Below are positions 56,637 through 64,000 of a DNA stretch of 64,000 nt, piece by piece (the stretch's first letter is position 1; each line of letters begins with the position of its first letter). The notes under the pieces were generated by a model. The model did not search any database, was not told the origin of the DNA, and saw only the letters and a list, made by a program, of their open reading frames with translations. The DNA comes from Vicinamibacterales bacterium (GTDB taxonomy: Bacteria > Acidobacteriota > Vicinamibacteria > Vicinamibacterales > JAMQPK01): positions 9,607 to 73,606 of the forward strand of contig DATEEI010000035.1 in assembly GCA_035281225.1 (NCBI GenBank), given 5' to 3'. The position numbers and the translations under genes are program-made.

Positions 56637-57115
56637 CCGTACGTGCACTGCGAAGCACGGCGACGGTGCTGTCGCTGTTAACGATCTCTGCATGCGGGGG
56701 CTCCTCATCTAGCCCGACCGCACCGTCGGGCGGACAGTCATTTCTCGCCGGCACCTGGCGCGGAACGGTGACCATCCAGCCGAACGCCGATGAACCGAAC
56801 GCGCCAGCCGCGACGAGTGGCGCGACAACGTGGACGTTTGAGGTCGTGCCACAGACGAACCTCCAATCGTTCCGGGCGAGCATTCGCTCGGAGCACTCCT
56901 GGCTTCCGATCAGCACGATCGCTACGGCAGCGATTATTCCCGGCAACACCGCGCCGGCGCAGATTAGCACTCAGGGGGACTATACGTCGCCGCGCGGCTG
57001 TCGGGGCACGTTTGGCAGCTTCGGAGTCGCAGAGGCCAGACGGATCGACGCGGACTTCACGGGCGTCGATTGCAATGCGACCTTTAGGGGCCGCGTGGTC
57101 CTCACAAAGGACTGA
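56633..57115 (+). CDS. lipoprotein (lipobox LTISAC)
   Basis: MTVRALRSTATVLSLLTISACGGSSSSP carries a lipobox. Its start overlaps the virB11 stop as ATGA, with AAGGAG upstream. Confidence 0.6.
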   Translation: MTVRALRSTATVLSLLTISACGGSSSSPTAPSGGQSFLAGTWRGTVTIQPNADEPNAPAATSGATTWTFEVVPQTNLQSFRASIRSEHSWLPISTIATAAIIPGNTAPAQISTQGDYTSPRGCRGTFGSFGVAEARRIDADFTGVDCNATFRGRVVLTKD

Positions 57116-57120
57116 AGGCG

Positions 57121-58032
57121 ATGCCGATTGTCGATCGCCAAGCGCCGCTACGCTTTCTGGAAACGGCATACCAGCCTGACGACTGGGTTGCGGTGTTCTT
57201 GAAGTCGTACGAGACAGGCAGAACCGCCCAGCGAGTCGGTCCAGTCTCGTTGATCGCTGATGCCCGCTTCCAGGCGTGGTTGCGAGCCGAGAACGCCGGC
57301 CACGCAAACGTGTACATCTCGGTCAATGCGATTACACCGGGTAGGCGTTCTCGCACGCGTGATGCGATTCGTGCCGTTCGGCACGTCTTCCTCGAAGCAG
57401 ACACCGACGGGCCGCTGGTATTGGCGGCGATCGATGAACGTGCCGACCTGCCGCGGCCTTCCTATATCCTCCACTCGTCACCCAACCGCGTGCATGTGTT
57501 TTGGCGAGCGACGCACTTCCCGATTGATTTGGCGGAAGCGTTGCAGAAACAACTGGCACGCGAGCTCCACACAGATCCTGCGGCTACGCCGTGCTCACAG
57601 ACGACGCGGCTACCGGGTTTCTTCAATCACAAGTACGAGCCGGCCCATCTCGTCACCGTCGATTACCGAAGTATCGAGTGCCGCTATACACCAGCGGATT
57701 TCCCGCGCCCGGTCGCGTTCGCCACGCCGATCCGGCGCACGCGCCCAGTGCTCCACCCGCTGAGGCCCGACGTCATGGCGCGGGCGCGCCGGTATGTAAA
57801 AGCTGTTCCACCGGCGATCGCTGGCCAGCATGGTGATCTGCATACGTTTCGCGTGTGCTGCCGGCTGGTGCGCGGGTTCGCGCTGACGGATGCGGACGCC
57901 CTGGAGCTGCTGGCTGAATGGAACGCGCATTGTCAGCCGCCATGGTCCGAGCGAGAGCTGTGCGACAAGTTGCGGCGCGCGCGGCGATATGGCCGTGAGC
58001 CGATCGCCGGGCTCTTAGAGGCGCAGTCATGA
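57121..58032 (+). CDS. RepB-like plasmid primase domain protein
   Basis: NVYISVNAITPGRRSRTRDAIRAVRHVFLEADTDGPLVLAAI ... PSYILHSSPNRVHVFWRA ... TRLPGFFNHKY matches the RSF1010 RepB-prime primase-like catalytic domain pattern, as I remember it. Confidence 0.6.
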   Translation: MPIVDRQAPLRFLETAYQPDDWVAVFLKSYETGRTAQRVGPVSLIADARFQAWLRAENAGHANVYISVNAITPGRRSRTRDAIRAVRHVFLEADTDGPLVLAAIDERADLPRPSYILHSSPNRVHVFWRATHFPIDLAEALQKQLARELHTDPAATPCSQTTRLPGFFNHKYEPAHLVTVDYRSIECRYTPADFPRPVAFATPIRRTRPVLHPLRPDVMARARRYVKAVPPAIAGQHGDLHTFRVCCRLVRGFALTDADALELLAEWNAHCQPPWSERELCDKLRRARRYGREPIAGLLEAQS

Positions 58033-58173
58033 ACACGCGCCAACGATCTTTCGTCGACGCGCACGCGCCACACGGCCGTGCGTGTAACCCCTGTTCGCAC
58101 GCGTCTACATCGACCCGTGCGAACGTAGCCGGCGCCGTCGGCCCCAGGCCCTCGGCGTCCTTGGAGGATCCGT

Positions 58174-58494
58174 ATGTCCAAGAACACAGGCGAACTCGTG
58201 TCCGTGAAGATCATCCCGAACGACAAAGGCAGTCCCCCAGGAAAACTGGCGGATGCCGAGGTGATCTTCGAAGCCGACGCAGGCCCGCTCAGCGGGATGA
58301 AGTTGGTCGGCTTCGCAGTGTGGGAACGTCGCGAAGGGGGAAAGAACGTGACGTTTCCCTCCCGGCAGTACTCCGTGAACGGAGGCCGCCGGAGTTTTGC
58401 GTTGCTGCGCTCCTCGACCGAGGATCGCACGACGCAAGACGCAATTCGGGATTGCATCCTCGACGCGTACAACCGCCTCGAGCCTGCTTCCTGA
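58174..58494 (+). CDS. small SpoVG-like protein
   Basis: GKLADAEVIFEADAGPLSGMKLVGFAVWERREGGKNVTFPSRQYSVNGGRRSFALLRSS ... IRDCILDAY parallels the SpoVG pattern (klkA.asi.f...f.v..i.v.....g.fV.mPs+...dg.f+D...p). GGAGGA lies upstream. Confidence 0.4.
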   Translation: MSKNTGELVSVKIIPNDKGSPPGKLADAEVIFEADAGPLSGMKLVGFAVWERREGGKNVTFPSRQYSVNGGRRSFALLRSSTEDRTTQDAIRDCILDAYNRLEPAS

Positions 58495-58648
58495 ACGGTC
58501 TACTGCTGTACCAGGTGGCGGGCACATCGCCCGCCGCCTGGGGCCGTTCTGCTCATGCCGTTCGAACGCAATACGTCATTCACGTTTCAGCTATTCACCG
58601 CATTCGGGTTTCGGTCGCCCGGCTGATAGCCGATTGAAAGGATTCGCG

Positions 58649-59785
58649 ATGGATACCGTGGCCTCAATCGCACAACGTCGAGAAGAATTGGCAACATCCG
58701 CGGTCCCGACCGCAACGATCGAGGCGAATCGGACCCTTGTGGTCACCGCGACGTATCTGCTGTCAGAGGACGGTCGGAAGGCGTCGCTGTTGATGGGTGG
58801 CGATGGCCGCGCCGTGCAACAGCTGACTGTCAATGTGCCGACCAATCGGCTACACCTGGTCAGCGTTGACGCCGACGGGGTCGCACGACTGAAGCTGCGT
58901 CCTCGCTATGATACGGATGGTGAACAGCGCCTCGTGCGAATCGACGCGCCGCCGACGTACGATTCGCCGCCCGATATTGAGGCGCTGTTCCGCGAAGCAG
59001 CGCGGAATCATCAACTCGAGCGCGCGTACGAGACGGAACGCCGGTCTGCGAAGGCCAAGCGTCGCGAGGTCGATCGCGAGCGGCGGGCGCAGCTCGCCAC
59101 CGCATTCCTGAATGACCCGACACAACGCGCTCTCGTCCATCCGGCGCCGACGCCAAAGCGTTGCTGGCTCGGTACGGCTACTGGCCGGGTGGTCTTCGAC
59201 ACGAACACCGACGAAGCGCCTGCGCGGGAGGTGCCGCTTGAAGCGCATCGCCGCTTCCGCGCGGATTTGCGCTGCCGTCGCGAAGAGAACCTGACCCGAC
59301 GCGCCGAGCAGTTGGCGCTGCACGAGGAGAAGAAGCGCTTCATTGCAGAATGGATTGCGGCCCATGGCTCGCCGGAGCAGCAGTCGCGGCAAGCCGCTGG
59401 CGTGCTCCCGATCGATGAAGCGATCGAGGCAATGACCGACCAAGCATTCGCCGCATTAACCGATCGGCCGCGTTACAGCCACGACGGCTTCGAGAGGCTG
59501 CAAGCGCACCTGCGGCAGTATCGCCAGTACGCCGAGGCAGTCGTCACGCGGGACGAACTATTAGTGAATAGCGCCAACGCGGGACAGGCGACCGCGTCGC
59601 AGTGGGCGCTGGTGAAAGAGTTTCAGGCATTACTGCCTGAGGCGACAGTGACGCTAAGAGTTCATAAGCTGACCTGGAAGCAGGATCTCAAAGCGCCAGC
59701 GTTAACAGTTCTTGGTGTGCTGCTGACCCAGAAGTTCGGACCGTTTACGTTGCGGCGTGAGTATGCGCAAGCGAACGTCGATTGA
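58649..59785 (+). CDS. hypothetical protein (378 aa)
   Basis: The ORF track start is 58397, which overlaps the previous gene. In-frame ATG at 58649 follows GAAAGGA. The sequence is charged and helix-rich. No family recognised. Confidence 0.5.
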   Translation: MDTVASIAQRREELATSAVPTATIEANRTLVVTATYLLSEDGRKASLLMGGDGRAVQQLTVNVPTNRLHLVSVDADGVARLKLRPRYDTDGEQRLVRIDAPPTYDSPPDIEALFREAARNHQLERAYETERRSAKAKRREVDRERRAQLATAFLNDPTQRALVHPAPTPKRCWLGTATGRVVFDTNTDEAPAREVPLEAHRRFRADLRCRREENLTRRAEQLALHEEKKRFIAEWIAAHGSPEQQSRQAAGVLPIDEAIEAMTDQAFAALTDRPRYSHDGFERLQAHLRQYRQYAEAVVTRDELLVNSANAGQATASQWALVKEFQALLPEATVTLRVHKLTWKQDLKAPALTVLGVLLTQKFGPFTLRREYAQANVD

Positions 59786-59822
59786 GGTGACACGAAGTTC
59801 GTCTAATCGTTTGTCAACTCAG

Positions 59823-59840
59823 GGCGCAATAATTTGCGCC
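59823..59840. terminator. hairpin between convergent genes
   Basis: GGCGCAA-TAAT-TTGCGCC has a 7-bp stem. There is no T-run on either side. Confidence 0.3.
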
Positions 59841-59905
59841 GTTCCCACGGTGCGCGGCTCAGCGCGATCGTTAGGAGTGATAACGATTCGCCGCCGCTGT
59901 CAACG

Positions 59906-60706
59906 TCAACTAGTGGAACGCTCAATCGCGCGTCTCAACCGAGCACTCTCCTTATCTAATCCTGCTTTCTGTAGGGCGTACACCGCATCCCACACGAGCC
60001 GTTCGAGACGCTGAATCTCTGTGTCGCGCCGAGCGATTGCAGCGTCCTGTCCGGCCCATTGCCTCAGCAATGCCCATGATGCGCGGAATTCATTCAGCAA
60101 GCTGACCATATGCTTTTCGCCAGGCAGAGCTGCTTCGCGCGCCCAGTCCTGCTCGGTCGCTTCAATGCTCGCAAGGATGACGGCGGGTTCAGCAGCGCAA
60201 AACCGACGCGCAATTTCTACGGCTTCGTCGAAAGGTATGTGAATCGTGGCGGCTCGATCCGTGTAGGCGTACGGCGAGGACTTGTCGACAGGCATTCCTG
60301 CTCGCGTCTTAACACGCGCCAGCGGCTCGGGCTTGCTGGTCAACACACCACGGTAATAGCTGACATCGTCGCCTACGTTCTCAAATACCTGATAGAGCGC
60401 TTGATCAACCGGCGAGTCTTTCACCCACCCGCACTCGACGTTGTGTTGCCTCAGTCGTTCCGCATCGGATTCTTCCCGCAGGAATGCCTTCAGCTGTTTC
60501 CAAGGGCAAAGCAGATGGCCGGACTCCACGTAATGGACCAGACCCGAATTCGGATCGATCCACTGCGCCTTCCATCGATTGCCGCGAACATGTTCGAGGA
60601 TCCGCACGCGTTGGATGGGCGCCTCGCGCTTCTCGCGCAAGGCATACTCCGAGTCTCGCACGATGGTCGATTTGTACACGCCGCTAACGACAGTAATGTG
60701 AGGCAC
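59906..60706 (-). CDS. hypothetical protein (266 aa)
   Basis: ORF with balanced composition. No family recognised. Confidence 0.5.
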   Translation of the reverse strand: MPHITVVSGVYKSTIVRDSEYALREKREAPIQRVRILEHVRGNRWKAQWIDPNSGLVHYVESGHLLCPWKQLKAFLREESDAERLRQHNVECGWVKDSPVDQALYQVFENVGDDVSYYRGVLTSKPEPLARVKTRAGMPVDKSSPYAYTDRAATIHIPFDEAVEIARRFCAAEPAVILASIEATEQDWAREAALPGEKHMVSLLNEFRASWALLRQWAGQDAAIARRDTEIQRLERLVWDAVYALQKAGLDKESARLRRAIERSTS

Positions 60707-60870
60707 TTCGTTCCGTCAACCGGCCGGCCCAGGGCCACAACTGAGATGAAATCCGCGTCGATTGATCCTCGAACGGTTTCGGGATGATGGTCAGGTCAAG
60801 TTCATGCGGGTGAAGGCGAGGTGCGCCCACCATGGGTAACACGGCGCAGTCGGGCCGTGCGCTCGACGCG

Positions 60871-63000
60871 TCATCGGCCTACGGGCACGCTCCTCGACGC
60901 AACCATCATGAAGTCGGTCCAGATCGGCAGGGCAGCCTCCGCGCCTGTGAGACCGAGAGGCGCGTTGTCGTCTCGTCCGACCCAAACAACCGCCAGAAGG
61001 TCGCCCGAGAAGCCCGCGAACCACGCGTCGCGCTGATCATCGGTCGTGCCTGTCTTGCCAGCCGCTGACGCGATAAAACCCATTTGCCGCGACGCACGCG
61101 CCGTTCCGACCTCGAAGACTGCGCGCATCATCTCGGCGACGTTCCTGGCACTCCCGGCACCAGCAACTCGAATCGCCAGCGGCGCCGGCATATGCGCCAC
61201 GCCGTTCGGCCGAACCGCATCACCGACGAATCTAAGCGGTCGGGCAATTCCTCCGTTCGCGAACACCGTATACGCCTGCGCGACTTGGGCTGGCGTCGCC
61301 TCGGTCGCACCGAGGGCGAACGATGGGTAAACTACGTCGACGGGACGGCCCGTTGCCCTGGCCCAGAGTGTCGCCACCCGCTGAAAACCCGCCCAGGCAG
61401 AGACCTTTACGGCGGCCACATTCTTCGAGTGCGCTAGTGCGTGCCGCCATGTGATCGATCCGCCGTACTGGCCGCCGTAGTTGCGCGGACTCCATGGCAT
61501 GTTGGCGAACCGAAAGACTGTCGGCACGTCCGCAACGATGCTGTCCGGCGACAGCGCCACGCCTTCTTCGCTCCCTCGCTCGAAGGCAGCAAGATAGTCG
61601 TAGGGCTTCACCAGCGACCCGACTTGCCGACCGCCCATCGTCGCGCGATTGAACTGCGACACCTGATATGAGCGACCGCCCACCATGGCTCGCACCTCGC
61701 CAGTACGAGGATCGACCACGATCAACGCGACCTGGACGAGCGATGCGGGCGACTTTCCAAGCCGCTCCTCGAGTCGCGCTACACCCGCAATGACCGCGAG
61801 GTCTGCTGCGCGTTGAAACCGGCCGTCAACTGTTAGATAAGTTCGCCCCTCATCGCCGGAGGACACGAGCGGCGCAGCGTGATCCGTGAAATACGCTGCG
61901 TCCAACCGACGACCGTGCGGAACGTGGTCCGCGAGAAACGAAAGAGGTTGCGCCTGGGCGTTCTGGATGACGCTGGCGGAGTATCGTTCAGGAAATCTTG
62001 CTCCGGCGAGGCGCAGGACGCGGTCTCGCTGGGCTTTTAAGGGCGCAACATTACCGGCGCGAACTTCAGCGATGTATCCGTCCGGGCGGTTCAGCGAAGC
62101 GACCAGCGTCGCAGCCTGCGCCAATGTCAATCGCCGGAGATCGCTGACGCCGAGCAGTTCCTCAGCTGCGACCGCGAATCCGCGCAACTCGCGACCACCA
62201 AGCGTACCAAGGTAGATGCGCGTTACGTAGGCATCGAGAATCTCGTTCTTGTCATACTTCCGGTCAATTGCCATCGCTAGACCGATCTCTGCGAGCTTGC
62301 GCGGAACCGTCCGACTACGCTCGTGGAGAACCGTCTGCCTTGCGACTTGCATGGCCAGGGTGGAGGCGCCGGTGCCGTTCACCACAGCGCGGACCAACCG
62401 CAGCAAATCGACGCCATGCTGTTCGTGAAAGCGGCCCTCCTCGCTGGCGATGAGGGCGTCAAGCAACGTGCCACCGCGAAGTGCTGCGACGGGCGCCGGA
62501 AGCTGCAGGATTTCATGTTCGACGCCGTCCATGCCCACGTCCCACGCCTGGAGCGTCTCGGGCTCGATGGTCATGACATCGAGCGCCTGGCCTGAAAGGT
62601 CGTGAACGCTGGCGACGCTGGCGCCCGACCAGCGGATGGTAGCCGCGCGGAACTCCGCGAACCGCGGATGAATTGTGATCGAATCTTCGGTTACCGAATA
62701 GGACGCCGCGGACGGGACGGCGCTGTCGTAGTACCCAATCCGCCGGAGGTGCTCGAGGACTTCGGCACGCCCTATGGGCTCACCCGCTCTTAAAGATAAA
62801 GGCGTGGCAAGGAGCCGCCGACCCCCGTCGTGAATGTTGACCGCTTGCAGCCGTCGAATCGACGTGGCGTAAAGAGCCGCCGTCGCAACCTGGGCGAGGA
62901 CCGCCGCCGCGCAGCAGACGGCGAGACCGGCAGTGACTCCACGGCGAAGGTGCCTCAAGCGGCCTCTTCCTGCGGCGTTGCGACGACGGTCTCGAACCAC
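60871..63000 (-). CDS. class A penicillin-binding protein (glycosyltransferase GT51 + transpeptidase)
   Basis: GT51 motifs are EEGRFHEQHGVDLLRLVRAVV..GASTLAMQVARQ and RKLAEIGLAMAIDRKYDKNEILDAYVTRIYLG. Transpeptidase motifs are GSLVKP (SxxK), HSKN (SxN) and KTGTT. Confidence 0.85.
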   Translation of the reverse strand: MVRDRRRNAAGRGRLRHLRRGVTAGLAVCCAAAVLAQVATAALYATSIRRLQAVNIHDGGRRLLATPLSLRAGEPIGRAEVLEHLRRIGYYDSAVPSAASYSVTEDSITIHPRFAEFRAATIRWSGASVASVHDLSGQALDVMTIEPETLQAWDVGMDGVEHEILQLPAPVAALRGGTLLDALIASEEGRFHEQHGVDLLRLVRAVVNGTGASTLAMQVARQTVLHERSRTVPRKLAEIGLAMAIDRKYDKNEILDAYVTRIYLGTLGGRELRGFAVAAEELLGVSDLRRLTLAQAATLVASLNRPDGYIAEVRAGNVAPLKAQRDRVLRLAGARFPERYSASVIQNAQAQPLSFLADHVPHGRRLDAAYFTDHAAPLVSSGDEGRTYLTVDGRFQRAADLAVIAGVARLEERLGKSPASLVQVALIVVDPRTGEVRAMVGGRSYQVSQFNRATMGGRQVGSLVKPYDYLAAFERGSEEGVALSPDSIVADVPTVFRFANMPWSPRNYGGQYGGSITWRHALAHSKNVAAVKVSAWAGFQRVATLWARATGRPVDVVYPSFALGATEATPAQVAQAYTVFANGGIARPLRFVGDAVRPNGVAHMPAPLAIRVAGAGSARNVAEMMRAVFEVGTARASRQMGFIASAAGKTGTTDDQRDAWFAGFSGDLLAVVWVGRDDNAPLGLTGAEAALPIWTDFMMVASRSVPVGR

Positions 63001-63281
63001 ACGACGGCCTCGTCAATCGGCGCAGCCGGGGCATGGGCGAGTCTGGGCGCCTTTGCGCCGGCCACTGGCGGGCTCACGCGTTTTGCTACAAGTTCGGGCG
63101 CGAAGATCACCCGTCGCGGCAGGGCAATCGCGACAGCCGCAGCGATATTCAGCATCGCGACGACACACGAAACCGCGTACGGGACCGGGACGCCAAGTTG
63201 GCGGTCGGCGGCCACAAGGGCTGCTAGTGCGGCTATCGACGCCAAGCCGCTCGCGGCGACGGTTACGCTGACAAATCTCAA
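62955..63281 (-). CDS. possible small membrane protein
   Basis: 108-aa ORF with a TTG start that overlaps the upstream stop. It has two hydrophobic helices. It overlaps the annotated PBP start by 46 nt and could be a high-GC artefact. Confidence 0.3.
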   Translation of the reverse strand: MRFVSVTVAASGLASIAALAALVAADRQLGVPVPYAVSCVVAMLNIAAAVAIALPRRVIFAPELVAKRVSPPVAGAKAPRLAHAPAAPIDEAVVWFETVVATPQEEAA

Positions 63282-63973
63282 GGCTGAACCTCCACACGAA
63301 CCACGAGGGGCCGACCTTCCAGTTGTCCGAGCAACGGCTGATCTGCCTCTATAAGCTCGCCGCTCGCTGTGCTTAAACCCACGATGACGGCTCTCCCAGA
63401 AGCGCGCCTCGGAACCTCCGCGATCGCCTCTTCAAGCCTGGGCATGCAGTCGCGCGCTGTTGACGAAGGAAGGAGCCGTGCTCGAAGCACGCCCTTCACT
63501 TGAAACGGTTCCACCAACATCGGCACATTGACGAGCGGAACACGACCGCGAAGCACATCGTGCACGTCGCTAATTCGGCGCCGCACTTCCAGCAGGCGAA
63601 CCGCCATCGGAATCTTGCGGCCCCCTCGGAACAGTGCCACCAGCGGAAGGATTTCGATGAGCGCGGCCGTCGTCCACGCCAGTATTGCCGGCGCGGATCG
63701 CGCCAGCGTCTCGCGCACGACAACGCTTTGAAGATCCGTGCTCGGCTCGGCCAGCAACTCGTAGGCCGGCACGTTCGGTACCGCGTCGATCACCGAACGA
63801 GCGTCGGCGTCAAGGGCGCGGAGAGATTGAAAGGACGCGCTCAATGCGCGCAGAGCCTCGGCGTGATCGTCCGGTGGTTCGGCCGGTGGAGTCGTCGCTC
63901 CCACCACACGAGTTCGCACCGACGCAATGCCCGCTGCTCTCCGGCGAAGCGCGCGCAACCGGTCTGTCGACAC
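63278..63973 (-). CDS. hypothetical protein
   Basis: 231-aa ORF close to the window edge, so the true start could lie upstream. No family recognised. Confidence 0.45.
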   Translation of the reverse strand: MSTDRLRALRRRAAGIASVRTRVVGATTPPAEPPDDHAEALRALSASFQSLRALDADARSVIDAVPNVPAYELLAEPSTDLQSVVVRETLARSAPAILAWTTAALIEILPLVALFRGGRKIPMAVRLLEVRRRISDVHDVLRGRVPLVNVPMLVEPFQVKGVLRARLLPSSTARDCMPRLEEAIAEVPRRASGRAVIVGLSTASGELIEADQPLLGQLEGRPLVVRVEVQP

Positions 63974-64000
63974 CGGCAGTTTCTGCGCCCGCGCCGCCGC

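Overview
This is a high-G+C bacterial window with dense coding and many antisense shadow ORFs in the six-frame track. All domain calls come from motif recognition by eye. No searches were run, so family names are hypotheses to confirm with HMM or structure searches.

Layout:
- **1-5.9 kb:** chromosomal-looking genes. These are a PQQ sugar dehydrogenase that runs off the left edge and is missing from the ORF track, a ferredoxin-like protein, and two secreted carboxypeptidase-regulatory-like repeat proteins, one with a TIMP/netrin-like N-terminus.
- **6-41.3 kb:** a mosaic accessory and defence island.
  - A PcfJ-like protein.
  - A RES/Xre toxin-antitoxin pair.
  - An ECF sigma factor flanked by two small CPxC membrane proteins.
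  - A DUF4238 protein.
  - A NucS-like plus PIN-like gene pair.
  - A canonical Pycsar pair (PycTM + PycC).
  - Immediately upstream of that pair, a tandem class III cyclase + Cap2-like E2-E1 + Cap3-like JAB + cNMP-binding/TIR-like effector operon, with a divergent WYL regulator.
  - An eight-gene, roughly 19.7 kb operon built on a DUF1156 methyltransferase, a HEPN-DUF499 ATPase and an SNF2/DUF3883 helicase, plus a PLD nuclease, a GHKL ATPase and an HExxH protein (MADS-like).
- **41.9-59.8 kb:** a P-type (VirB/Trb-like) conjugative type IV secretion module with coupling protein, VirB11 and a RepB-like primase. I saw no canonical relaxase or integrase. A 25-bp perfect inverted repeat is a candidate oriT.
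- **60.9-64 kb:** a class A penicillin-binding protein and hypothetical genes.

No rRNA, tRNA or CRISPR array was seen.

The most interesting signal is the class III (Pycsar-type) cyclase wired to Cap2/Cap3-like ubiquitin-transfer machinery. This looks like a Pycsar counterpart of type II CBASS, and I do not know of a characterised example.
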